Shown here in pieces: positions 9,715-19,715 of a stretch of DNA of 64,000 bases. The position numbers were made by a program, and so were the translations under genes. Each line of letters starts with the position of its first letter. Positions within the stretch are counted from its first letter, which is position 1. The notes below the pieces were generated by a model, which made no database searches, was not told the DNA's origin, and saw only the letters and a program-made list of their open reading frames with translations. The stretch lies in the sequence record PV593634.1; one strand, 5' to 3'.

Positions 9715-12700
9715 ATGAAAGACATTGATATCATTGATATCGACTATTCTGCTAAAAAGCCAGAATACAAAAAGGAAGACAAGGTCGATATTGCAAAGAT
9801 CTCAGCTCCATGGATTGTACCAGAAGAAGGTCCTATATACGGCGATAACTCATTACGTGTTATTCGTGGTGGTCGTGATCTTATTCGTGGTAAGGACTGG
9901 GAACCATCTACCCCTGTAACTAACCTTTCAGAACTGACAGGTAAACCAGTTTATCTTTATGTAGAGTTGAAGGATCACATCTTAGCTTCTGGTGGTGAGG
10001 TTGAGCTGGTTTACCAACGTGTTGGTATGCCTCAAATCTCCGTCAAGACTTTACTTACCATGTTGGAAGAAATGGTAATCCAAGGTAAACCTGTTGATTG
10101 GGATACACAGATCACCGGTAAACCTAAAACGTATTACCCGGCATGGCACAGCCACGATATCAAGAACCCTAACGAGTTGATTGGTTTCGGTGGACTGGTA
10201 GAACTGTTTTCTATGTTTACGTTCGGTAGTTCCGCTAACGGCGCTAAGATCAGTGAACTGCTGAAGAAGTTGCAGGATAAAATCTATAATGAATTGAACT
10301 ACACTCAGAAACTACTCTGGGGTTCAATCATGGTTCACTCCCGTAACTATAAGAACCCGCATGAATTAAAACCTGGTGACGTTGATCTGGGTAATGTGGC
10401 TAACTTTGCTACAGCAACCCCTCAGCAAGATGCCGACGGTTTACGCGCAGACTTATATTCCACCCCAGCTGGTTTGAACCGTGTTATTGATGAGAACGCT
10501 CCTGACTCGTCTGACTATCTGATTCAGTCAGAGCTACCATTCGGTTACTATGGTTCCGGTATTTACCTCCCTCCTCCAATTACAGGTTCATTTGAAGGCT
10601 TGGGTGGTGACTGGGAAAACTCAGCATTCTGTCGTGAAGGTAACGGTTGGTTAGTTGGTTTGATTCGTGCTTTCGATGGTCGTGTTAAGAACTTGTATTA
10701 CGTCTATAAGACAGACCTATTCGAACGTAACCACTATGTTAACGCATGGTTGCACACATACGTTCAGTACAAGCACCCGACTATCACAGCAGCTGGTAAA
10801 GATGCCAACTATGTAATCAACGGTTCCAACTACGACGTACTCGCAGTGGGTAGTGTCAAGAACCCTGAGAATGGTTGGGATATCGCAGATGACGATATGT
10901 GGATTTGTTTGGCTAACTCAACGTTTGACCCTAACTCCCACACATTGAAGAAAACCAACATCAAGTCCATCGGTATTGAAAACGGTCCTGGTGGTCGAGA
11001 TGTGGCTCGTGCTGGTCCTGGTCAAATGACAATTAGTCGTGTGGGTAACTGGGTTTACTTGATCTGCTCTTATAACACCACTCTTGGTGATACCAACTTG
11101 ATCAAGCAGGACTACACGGATGGTTCTAACTACCAGCAACGTTTCTTCCGTTTCCCTTATAAAGACTTGTTGGACAATACCAAGGACACCGTTACATTTG
11201 TTCCTGTAAACGTGACCTATGACAACCTGTTGCGTCAACGTCGTTCTGGACAGTCAATGTACATGATGACACCTATCCATAACGCAGAGGGTAATGGGGT
11301 TGTTCAGTACCTGATTAAGTTCTCACCTGCCGTTAGTCGTGTTCACTCTCACCGTCGTAGACAGTTCTTTATGATAGGGAACCCAGATAACCCAAGGCAA
11401 GCTCGGTTAAGGGTGATGGCGGTTTCATACACCACAATGCAGCGAGATGGTGTCAACACATCAAACTGGCGTAACATTTACGTCGATTATGATTGGGATG
11501 TAGAAACGAATACCTTAACGCTATCGCCCCACTGGTATTGGGCCACATCTAACCTAGCAACTGGTGATTTTACCGCACCACCAGAATGGTTTACTTGGAA
11601 TGACGCTGCCGGGGCAGCTCCACAATTCATGTCCAGCTTTACGTTTGTAGCGGGTAGTCACGTCCCTGGTTTTGGTTACGTGGCCATGGTATCCAGTCAA
11701 ACAGGTACTCCTCCTTACGGGATGTCGTCTATTATTTATAACCGCGATGGTAATCCACTTAACGATTATAAATACATGTTCGAACCACCTAACTGGTTTA
11801 ACCAATTGGGTCAGCATAACACCTACTGGGTTCCAATGATCCTTCGTTCTCCTTTCGGTGTATCCGGGTTCCCTCGTTACTACGCCGATGTTTATGAAGT
11901 CGATGGCGCTAACCGATCCACACCAATAGAGATTTTCTATGGTGAAAAGGAAAACCAGGAACAGGGTTGTTTCTACCGTATCACAGAAGGTGGGGTAGAT
12001 GATAACTACGATTATCGCGATGCGTTACAATCCAAGTACATACCTAAACCGATCTATGGTCGCAAGACGAACTCAAGCTTTGGTCAGGTAGCTGGGATAA
12101 CGTATAACACTCCGTTGGTTAATAGACCTAGGGTGAAAGACCGTCGCAGTCGTGAAACTGGATTGTTCAACTGGGTTCGTAGAGATATACAGTACAACCC
12201 AGGTGTTGCTCATGATTTCTCACAGACCATGAACGACAATGGTGGGCAAGAACAAATCAGACCAGGTTCTGATGGTTCTATCGTTATAAACCTCGCCATG
12301 CAATACAACATGGATCCTTTAACCAAAGTACTTGTTGCAAGACCTCGTACCGATTATAAATTACGCATACCAAGATCTATTTGGAATGACTTGATCACCA
12401 ATGCGCTTGGTGCCCACTATTCCACCTGCGTTGATATCTGTGCGAGTTTCTATATTTGTCAGGACCCCGGTACCAATAACGGTCAGCCTTACTGCATGTT
12501 CCAAATACAGTATCATAAACAACCCGACTATGAAGAGTCTCGCTGCATCATTGGGATATTTAACTGGGACGTGGAGCGTGTTGATGCTGATGGTATCCGC
12601 GTAATGAGAATGGGTGCTATCGAATATCCTTTCTATAGCAAATATAGTTATAACGAACATCTTGCTCCTCCATCCATTTCCCCAAGTAACCGTACTTATA

Positions 12701-13506
12701 CTCGTCAGTTGAGATACGGAGTACATGGACAGTGGGATATTTATACCTGGAACGGCTTGACGGTCAAGTACGCCCATATGGAGATTCTTGATTACCCTGG
12801 TGAAGGTCCTCGTAACTTTGAGCAAGTGTGGTTTAACGGTATCCAATTAGGAACAGTCGGTAACGCCAACACAAGCCGAGTTTACTTCTCTAGACGTAAT
12901 AACGTCATTACCGAGGGTTCTTATGCTGAAAGTGGTGGTCAGGCATTTAACGAATACGGTTGGCAGGTTCAAGCTAACCCACAATGGGGAATGTGTTCAG
13001 GTATTCCAGCTGTTGTCTCTGGTGGTGCTATTGACTTGTTAACACCATGGAACGGAGGCGGTACTGGTCACGGTTGGCAGAGCGATAAGCTTATCATGCT
13101 TGGTGCAACCTACGTTGAGGGTAACTGGTCGTTGTTTGTTAACGCCGATGTTAACGTTACGTTTAACGGGTTCTCTACTTTAGCTAAGATGACTAACTGG
13201 GACTTGAGAGATTTGACCGATGTATATCGTAATCAGACTTTCTATGTATACTGCGTTGCTAACGGTTCTACCGCTAAGTACGAAGTGTCCAAAGTTCTAA
13301 GACCTCACTCGGCTGCAAGTATCCTGGTTGCTACTGTTAAGACCAACACCTTTGGTATTACAACTATCGATCCAAGACAGAGTTTCACAATTAGTGGATT
13401 CCCTCTGACTCGTGCAAGGGATATGGGTGTTCCAGTATCTTCTGGAGCTATTACAGAAGCTGGTGCATATCAGTTCCTTAAGCGTAGTGATTTGTACAAC
13501 AACTAA
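9715..13506 (+). CDS. tail fibre/baseplate protein, paralog 2
   Basis: 1263 aa; NPHELKPGDVDLGNVANF and LPPPITGSFEGLGG motifs; colinear with paralog 1. Confidence 0.75.
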   Translation: MKDIDIIDIDYSAKKPEYKKEDKVDIAKISAPWIVPEEGPIYGDNSLRVIRGGRDLIRGKDWEPSTPVTNLSELTGKPVYLYVELKDHILASGGEVELVYQRVGMPQISVKTLLTMLEEMVIQGKPVDWDTQITGKPKTYYPAWHSHDIKNPNELIGFGGLVELFSMFTFGSSANGAKISELLKKLQDKIYNELNYTQKLLWGSIMVHSRNYKNPHELKPGDVDLGNVANFATATPQQDADGLRADLYSTPAGLNRVIDENAPDSSDYLIQSELPFGYYGSGIYLPPPITGSFEGLGGDWENSAFCREGNGWLVGLIRAFDGRVKNLYYVYKTDLFERNHYVNAWLHTYVQYKHPTITAAGKDANYVINGSNYDVLAVGSVKNPENGWDIADDDMWICLANSTFDPNSHTLKKTNIKSIGIENGPGGRDVARAGPGQMTISRVGNWVYLICSYNTTLGDTNLIKQDYTDGSNYQQRFFRFPYKDLLDNTKDTVTFVPVNVTYDNLLRQRRSGQSMYMMTPIHNAEGNGVVQYLIKFSPAVSRVHSHRRRQFFMIGNPDNPRQARLRVMAVSYTTMQRDGVNTSNWRNIYVDYDWDVETNTLTLSPHWYWATSNLATGDFTAPPEWFTWNDAAGAAPQFMSSFTFVAGSHVPGFGYVAMVSSQTGTPPYGMSSIIYNRDGNPLNDYKYMFEPPNWFNQLGQHNTYWVPMILRSPFGVSGFPRYYADVYEVDGANRSTPIEIFYGEKENQEQGCFYRITEGGVDDNYDYRDALQSKYIPKPIYGRKTNSSFGQVAGITYNTPLVNRPRVKDRRSRETGLFNWVRRDIQYNPGVAHDFSQTMNDNGGQEQIRPGSDGSIVINLAMQYNMDPLTKVLVARPRTDYKLRIPRSIWNDLITNALGAHYSTCVDICASFYICQDPGTNNGQPYCMFQIQYHKQPDYEESRCIIGIFNWDVERVDADGIRVMRMGAIEYPFYSKYSYNEHLAPPSISPSNRTYTRQLRYGVHGQWDIYTWNGLTVKYAHMEILDYPGEGPRNFEQVWFNGIQLGTVGNANTSRVYFSRRNNVITEGSYAESGGQAFNEYGWQVQANPQWGMCSGIPAVVSGGAIDLLTPWNGGGTGHGWQSDKLIMLGATYVEGNWSLFVNADVNVTFNGFSTLAKMTNWDLRDLTDVYRNQTFYVYCVANGSTAKYEVSKVLRPHSAASILVATVKTNTFGITTIDPRQSFTISGFPLTRARDMGVPVSSGAITEAGAYQFLKRSDLYNN

Positions 13507-13507
13507 G

Positions 13508-13532
13508 AGGAAGGGGAGGAAACTCCCCTCCT
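13508..13532 (+). terminator. stem-loop (core identical to 27440..27455)
   Basis: AGGAAGGGGAG-GAAA-CTCCCCTCCT. Confidence 0.55.
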
Positions 13533-13550
13533 AATATCTGGGAGATATCC

Positions 13551-16500
13551 ATGTTTGTAGATCCAGACAAACCCCTACCGCCTGCGGGTGTCAAAGACGA
13601 CACACTAGGTTCGGTACTGGACGCGATTATTAATATATCTAATGCTCGTTCTGAAGTTCAGAAAGATGCTGTTGAGTTTGAGAAGGTTACAACTCAAGCA
13701 TTGATCGATGCTAATAAGAAGATCGACCGATTCGATACCGAAGTTCAAACCGCTTTAGCAGCTCACACCAATAAGAAAGGTGCGGTGCATGGCGAAACAA
13801 AAGAAACAGTAGGTCTTGAGAAGAAAGAGAACTGGAGACCGGCAACACTTAACGAACACGAAGCTGGACAATCGAAGAACACATTCGTAGTTCCTATTGG
13901 TTTGCATATGCTGGTTAAGAAGTTCTTGACTATCGATCCAACCAACTATCTTCGTTCACGTATCTTTCCTATCGCTTCTGGCGGACAGTTAGGTAACGTT
14001 CCTCAATGGCCATTTAACTGGAAAGAAGGTGAAGTAGTTGAGTCCTTCGAAGACCCAATGACTTTCTTTACTGATACTCCTTGGGAGTTCTCCAGCGATC
14101 AGGGTGTACGTATTTATCCTGCGATGAACGGTTCTGACGTCCTTACTCAGCATGTCGCCGATCCTGGCCGTGTTAAGCGCGCTGTAACCCCTTGGGGCGG
14201 TACTGACGTTCGTGTCTATAATAACACCCTTGATATCCGTAGAACCCGTCCTGGCGTCTTACGTGGCGAATCTAACGATGAACCATTTGGCGAATTGATT
14301 AAAGGTTCTTCTCACTTATTTGACCGTCACTCTGTTTTCTATGCTGAGAACGGGAAGATCGGTACTCGTGCATTTAACAAAGTGCGTTTACCGTTTGATA
14401 AGTTAAACCGTGAGAACTTCAATGATAACTGGAGTGGGATTATCGAAGCACGTGAGGAAACGATTTATAACATCTATACATCGTTCAAGAAAGGAAACAT
14501 CGGTGGACATGGTGAAGGGATTTACTTAGTCGTTGAAATGGATCTGTTCAACTACACCCAAAACGGTATCGTTGTTAAAGACGGTCCTGGTCGCCCTGCT
14601 GAAACTATTGCCACGGTTCAAGATCGTTTCAATACCTTTAGTTGGCAGATGCAAAACGCTAAGTTCAAAGTGATGGATCGTGGTCCAGGAACACCAACTG
14701 GTTTCTGTATGAACATTAAGGATATCCTGTCGTTCACCGATTCCCAGCGTGAAGAATTCTGGAATGGACTGGAACGCAATCAGGTAACTAAGATCGCGTT
14801 CACCTGGTCTAACCGTTTGAATGGTGATTTCAGTATCCGTATACCGATGGGGTTCTATAATAAGAACCGCACGGCATATAACAACTTCTACATGGACTTA
14901 GGTTTCCACGTATTGGAAAACAAACCAGGGCTGAGCGCAACCATCTCAGTTCGTCCTCTGCGTGATATCGATACCAACATTCAAACGCTGGATGCTAACT
15001 TCGATGTTAAGCCAACAGGTCGCTTCATTACCTATGGTCCGAACGTTGCCAATAACGTATTCCACCCACTCGTGTTTAACGGTGTGTTCGAATCGAATGG
15101 CGGTCACATCAAAACCTATACCTTCTATAACCGTCAGTATGTTGGTTTCTATCAGCATGACGTTAAGGGTGTTGGGGATTGGATTGCCAAAGGTGAAGCT
15201 ATTCAACCTAACCTGGTTAAGTATTACTATGGACAAATGTCAACCCTGAATAATGATGGGATGTACGGTGACCACCTTCGTCACATTCCTTTAGGGATGG
15301 AAGGAGATACGGTTTATTACTTAACCCATAGTCGTGACTGGAACCAACAGTATCGTAACTCCATTGCGCATACTCAGTTGGATACAGCTCCAATCATGTT
15401 AAGTGACTTGGGACACCCATATGGTCCATGGCGTAACGACCTGACTTGGATTAATCCGAACAACTCACGCATCCCTGACTTCCTGGTTGTAAACTCCGAG
15501 ACCGCAGTTGGATTCGAAACTAACTGTATGGTATTTAACTCCCAGAACCTGTTCAGAGGTTACACCGGTTATAAGTACGAACCGAATAACCCTAACTCTA
15601 CAGTGACGGGTGAAAACGAAGTTCAACTTGATGACTTGATTCTTTCCCACCTGGCTCGCGTTGGTGGCGGTTGGTCTGTTAACCACAAGCAACTGTTCTA
15701 TTACAAGAACCGTCTGTACTTCTTCACACAGTGTCTGTCCGAAAACGATTGGCCTGCTGATGATTACGATTGTTACTATGGTTGGTATAATTCTGCTTAT
15801 ATTGAAACAGATCAATATGGTCGTAACACAATCAAGTTGAATGGAACAGCTGAATCTAAAGTCACCATCAAGAAGATGAAGGTGAACACCAAAGCTTCAG
15901 CCACTCGGGTCTGGAACGATGTACAAGGTCGTGATGGGTTTAACCATACCGATGTTTACATGATGTTAATGAACCGTACAGGTAACGCTTCTAAATTCCA
16001 GCTGATGGTTAACCTTGCACCTCATAACAACTTCTACTTCGAGTTCGAGTTGTCTATTGATGAAGGGCTTGGAACAACGGATGTGATCCCTAACCCTAAC
16101 GCTATCGATCCGGTATTCCCTTACGGTCCAGATGGCTTCAAAGTTGATTACGATACTGTCATCGCTTATGGTACTAAGACACCGCAACGTCTGCACATAA
16201 ACTTCCAGTCTCCGGTTATGCTTAAGAAGTCCATGTGGAGCTACAGGAGGACCCCTGGACATTATGGTGTCTTTGCTCAATCTATCGGTACAGAAGTCGT
16301 TAACGGCGGTCTGATGAACGCTGTAGAGGGAACCGACATCTATCCTGTAGGATCTGCTGTTACCATTGGCGGTTCTAACATTATTGTTAAGAAACCGGTA
16401 AGCGCTTCAGAACGGCAGTTCAAAGGTAACGATGAGCTGTTTGTAAGGATGAACGGTCTTGATCTGGAAATGTACGGATTGAGAAACAACCCTAACGGTT

Positions 16501-18662
16501 ATGAGGTTGAGCCTAACTCAGGTGTTGCTCCTTGTGGATTCCTGAAAAACTCTACATTTACTCACTATGATCAGGATGGCTGGCGTAATGCACTGTTGCC
16601 AGTAATGGATGGATACCGTATGAACTTTTACGGTTATGGATCCTCCTTCCCTGCATTTATGGGCATCTACGGTTCAGGTGTTCCTATTAACCGATTCTTC
16701 CTGACTGACCGTCCAACTACTTTGTCATACGACACAGCTGTTGGTAGGGTGATTAACGTTGGTAACTCACCGACTGTTAAGATTTACGTCAATAACACGC
16801 TACAGTCTTACGACGGTTCTGGTTCTTTCACAATACCTACCTCGTACACAGGAGTGGTGGATGTTTCAATCACATCACTGATCTCTTTAGCTTGGTCTAA
16901 AGGTCTGACACGCATTAAAGCAATCGGCAATACTGTTCAGAGTCTTAACTTTGCAGGTTCCGATACGTTTGCTGTCGATGCAGATCTTCCTGTACGTATT
17001 ACTTCGTTGGTTGGTTTGTTTGAAGGTTCAAGAGGTGTTACTTATCCGGGTATCGAGAACTGGAATACCTCGAGAGTAACCGACATGACCAATATCTTTA
17101 AGGATGCGGTTAACTTCAACCAGGACATCTCTGCTTGGAACATCGGCAAGGTGACTCAACTTGAAGGCGCTTTCTATGGGGCGCGCGCATTCAACAAACC
17201 TATTGGTACTTGGGATACGAAGAACGTTATAACAATGTCCATGATGTTTAAGAACGCCATGACATTTAACCAAGACCTTAGTTCTTGGGATACGTACTCT
17301 GTAGTTAACATGTCCATGATGTTCCAGGGAGCAAATAAGTTTAAAGGCAACGTCTCTACATGGAATGTTAGCTCTGTTAATAACTTCTCTAGCATGTTCG
17401 ATATGGCTACGGAGTTTAACGGCAACTTGTCTAACTGGGATGTACGGTCGGCAACAAACATGTACTTTATGTTCGCTCGCTGTGAAGCGTTCAACTCACC
17501 ATTGGCTAGTTGGAACGTGAGTAACGTAGTTACCTTCGAAGGAATGTTCTTGCAGTCTCCAGTATTTAACAAGGACATCTCTGCTTGGAACGTATCAAGG
17601 GCTACTAACACCCAAGGTATGTTTAGCGGAGCTACTGCGTTTGGTTCTACAGGAGGGTTTACACTTTCTTCCTGGAATATGTCCAACGTAATTAAAGCCT
17701 CCAGCATGTTCTATAAGTCTGGGTTTAACTTACCTATCGATAACTGGTCGTTTGGTGAAAACGCAATTCTGGAATCCATGTTCAGTAATTGCGAATTCTT
17801 TAACCAAAACGTCTCCAGTTGGGACATGCGTAACGTTAAAAGCATTAAGTCTATGTTCACCAGCACTAAAGCGTTCAACAAGAACATTACGGGTTGGGAA
17901 CTTGACAGCTGTACCAACATCGATTTCTTCCTTCATGCATCAAACTTTGCTGGTGACCTTAGTGGTTGGAAGTTCAACACTACCTTACCTGTTACCGCTG
18001 TCTCCACATTTGGTCGTATGCCGAATTTTGTCGGTAATGGATTGGAGACCTGGGATGTTAGTGGGTTTGTTGAAATGGGCTCGATGTGTTATCAGTCTCC
18101 TGTCTTTAACCCAGACATTAGTGGATGGAATGTTGGCAAGGTTAAATCGTTTATTGTCATGTTCTCTTCCTCTCACGCGTTCAACCAAGATATTAGCGGT
18201 TGGGATGTGAGTTCTGCAACTTACTTCTCTAAGATGTTCGAGAATTGTGAATCCTTTAACCAGAACCTGAACGACTGGGATATGAGTAACGCAACGACAG
18301 TGAATAGCATGTTTGCTGGAACTAAGAACTTCGATGGCTTAATCTCGGCTTGGAACGTAGGAAACGTTACACGCTTCGAGAACATGTTCGATGGTGCTGA
18401 GAAGTGGAATGGTGATATCTCTGATTGGGATGTGAGCAAAGGTGAGAACTTCACTGGTATGTTCGCCAATACCCCGATGTTCAATCAGGATATTGGTAGG
18501 TGGGTTACTACATCGGCCACCAACATGGATGAGATGTTTAAGAATGCTTCGGTGTTCAACGCAGACCTTTCCACTTGGGATGTGTCTAAAGTAACAACTC
18601 ATAAAGATTTCGATACCAATACTCCAGCTTGGGTATTACCTCGTCCTCCTTTTAATCCATAA
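13551..18662 (+). CDS. tail fibre protein with C-terminal DUF285/BspA-like surface-protein repeats
   Basis: 1703 aa; N-terminal HTNKKGAVHGETKETVGLEKKENW fibre motif; C-terminal ~530 aa of 25-residue W(N/D)VS.V..M..MF....FNQDIS repeats. Confidence 0.8.
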   Translation: MFVDPDKPLPPAGVKDDTLGSVLDAIINISNARSEVQKDAVEFEKVTTQALIDANKKIDRFDTEVQTALAAHTNKKGAVHGETKETVGLEKKENWRPATLNEHEAGQSKNTFVVPIGLHMLVKKFLTIDPTNYLRSRIFPIASGGQLGNVPQWPFNWKEGEVVESFEDPMTFFTDTPWEFSSDQGVRIYPAMNGSDVLTQHVADPGRVKRAVTPWGGTDVRVYNNTLDIRRTRPGVLRGESNDEPFGELIKGSSHLFDRHSVFYAENGKIGTRAFNKVRLPFDKLNRENFNDNWSGIIEAREETIYNIYTSFKKGNIGGHGEGIYLVVEMDLFNYTQNGIVVKDGPGRPAETIATVQDRFNTFSWQMQNAKFKVMDRGPGTPTGFCMNIKDILSFTDSQREEFWNGLERNQVTKIAFTWSNRLNGDFSIRIPMGFYNKNRTAYNNFYMDLGFHVLENKPGLSATISVRPLRDIDTNIQTLDANFDVKPTGRFITYGPNVANNVFHPLVFNGVFESNGGHIKTYTFYNRQYVGFYQHDVKGVGDWIAKGEAIQPNLVKYYYGQMSTLNNDGMYGDHLRHIPLGMEGDTVYYLTHSRDWNQQYRNSIAHTQLDTAPIMLSDLGHPYGPWRNDLTWINPNNSRIPDFLVVNSETAVGFETNCMVFNSQNLFRGYTGYKYEPNNPNSTVTGENEVQLDDLILSHLARVGGGWSVNHKQLFYYKNRLYFFTQCLSENDWPADDYDCYYGWYNSAYIETDQYGRNTIKLNGTAESKVTIKKMKVNTKASATRVWNDVQGRDGFNHTDVYMMLMNRTGNASKFQLMVNLAPHNNFYFEFELSIDEGLGTTDVIPNPNAIDPVFPYGPDGFKVDYDTVIAYGTKTPQRLHINFQSPVMLKKSMWSYRRTPGHYGVFAQSIGTEVVNGGLMNAVEGTDIYPVGSAVTIGGSNIIVKKPVSASERQFKGNDELFVRMNGLDLEMYGLRNNPNGYEVEPNSGVAPCGFLKNSTFTHYDQDGWRNALLPVMDGYRMNFYGYGSSFPAFMGIYGSGVPINRFFLTDRPTTLSYDTAVGRVINVGNSPTVKIYVNNTLQSYDGSGSFTIPTSYTGVVDVSITSLISLAWSKGLTRIKAIGNTVQSLNFAGSDTFAVDADLPVRITSLVGLFEGSRGVTYPGIENWNTSRVTDMTNIFKDAVNFNQDISAWNIGKVTQLEGAFYGARAFNKPIGTWDTKNVITMSMMFKNAMTFNQDLSSWDTYSVVNMSMMFQGANKFKGNVSTWNVSSVNNFSSMFDMATEFNGNLSNWDVRSATNMYFMFARCEAFNSPLASWNVSNVVTFEGMFLQSPVFNKDISAWNVSRATNTQGMFSGATAFGSTGGFTLSSWNMSNVIKASSMFYKSGFNLPIDNWSFGENAILESMFSNCEFFNQNVSSWDMRNVKSIKSMFTSTKAFNKNITGWELDSCTNIDFFLHASNFAGDLSGWKFNTTLPVTAVSTFGRMPNFVGNGLETWDVSGFVEMGSMCYQSPVFNPDISGWNVGKVKSFIVMFSSSHAFNQDISGWDVSSATYFSKMFENCESFNQNLNDWDMSNATTVNSMFAGTKNFDGLISAWNVGNVTRFENMFDGAEKWNGDISDWDVSKGENFTGMFANTPMFNQDIGRWVTTSATNMDEMFKNASVFNADLSTWDVSKVTTHKDFDTNTPAWVLPRPPFNP
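17061..18620 (+). repeat. about 21 tandem ~25-aa (75-bp) DUF285/BspA-type repeats
   Basis: Counted 21 W-initiated units from WNTSRV to WDVSKV; some DNA-level identity (AGGACATCTCTGCTTGGAAC occurs twice). Confidence 0.9.
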
Positions 18663-18673
18663 TAAGTCATAAG

Positions 18674-18703
18674 ACCCTACCCTTCCTTTCGGAGGGGTAG
18701 GGG
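18674..18703. terminator. bidirectional stem-loop between convergent genes
   Basis: ACCCTACCCTTCC-TTTC-GGAGGGGTAGGGT. Confidence 0.75.
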
Positions 18704-18714
18704 TTATGTTTGTA

Positions 18715-19695
18715 TTAACCTACAACTTCACCTGAAGTATCACCACCAGATCTAACACCATTGTGTTTATGACCAAGGTATCTAATACCATCAATAGTCC
18801 AACCACCAGATACAGAACCAGTGCCGCCAAACTGAGAGAACGCCCCTTGAATGCCGACGTTACCTTCAACGGTGTAGTTTCCGTTTTGGTTGTAATTGCC
18901 TTCGTGTGTAACATTTCCTTTCATAAAGATCTCTGGGGAAGTCAGAGTTGTCTTCTTAGTTTCCATGGTAATGGAACTGTCAGCTTTAAGCTTCAGATCT
19001 TTACACTGTAAGTCAATGTTGTTCTTACCTTTCAACAGCATACTGTCTTCACAGCTCATCGTGATGTTCTTCTTCTCGATGTTCAGGTAGGACTTCTCTT
19101 GGTTGATAAAGGAGAAAGCATGCTCCATAGAGTTAATAGAGAGAATGTTATCCTCACCATCTACAATACCAAACTGACCATTACCTGTGTCCAAAGAGAT
19201 ACAGTAAGATGTTGGCTCCCCATTACCTTGGCCTGTAACTAACTGGACCATCTTTTTATGGGAAGATATCATGAATATGTAATAGTTATCCGGTGTTACC
19301 GGAGAGTTCTCATTCACTTCAGGAGAAGCAGAGTAAGCAAAGATTACCGTTTCTAAACGCAGAGTTCCATCCATACCGAAGTAAGTCCAACGATATTTGG
19401 ATTGACCTTTAAACTTATACACCACAACCTTACTACCATTACGAACATCGGGAGCAGTTACACGGTTGGTGTTAAAAGCTAACCAAGTTGCCGGTACGGT
19501 GTTGGAGGATAAAGTTGTACTGGAGTGCGTATCTCCTGTAGGTGTTTTGGTTGTCACCGTTTGCGTTTCGACTTGAGTTGTGACTTCACCGTCACCCTCA
19601 GGAAACATAGATGGGATGTAAACCTGAATCTCATCTGTATCCGTTTCCTTGTCCATCGACACGATGCCAATGCCGAGACATTCTAATACGTTCAT
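18715..19695 (-). CDS. baseplate central spike (phiKZ gp164-like / gpV-like)
   Basis: N-terminal OB-like region, beta-helix-like repeats (GNVTHEGNYNQNGNYTVEGNV) and a terminal metal-binding HxH apex (GHKHNGVRSG); divergent from SbcC as in phiKZ gp164/gp165. Confidence 0.8.
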   Translation of the reverse strand: MNVLECLGIGIVSMDKETDTDEIQVYIPSMFPEGDGEVTTQVETQTVTTKTPTGDTHSSTTLSSNTVPATWLAFNTNRVTAPDVRNGSKVVVYKFKGQSKYRWTYFGMDGTLRLETVIFAYSASPEVNENSPVTPDNYYIFMISSHKKMVQLVTGQGNGEPTSYCISLDTGNGQFGIVDGEDNILSINSMEHAFSFINQEKSYLNIEKKNITMSCEDSMLLKGKNNIDLQCKDLKLKADSSITMETKKTTLTSPEIFMKGNVTHEGNYNQNGNYTVEGNVGIQGAFSQFGGTGSVSGGWTIDGIRYLGHKHNGVRSGGDTSGEVVG

Positions 19696-19715
19696 ACTAG
19701 ACCCTTGAGGTTATA

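Noticed and set aside
17028-18602. Several alternative-frame and antisense ORFs inside the DUF285 repeats
   Set aside because: Shadows of the 75-bp coding periodicity.
17061-18620. Possible CRISPR array or DGR template/variable repeat
   Set aside because: Repeats are degenerate and in-frame coding, with no spacer structure, no adenine-specific variant pair seen and no reverse transcriptase in the window.
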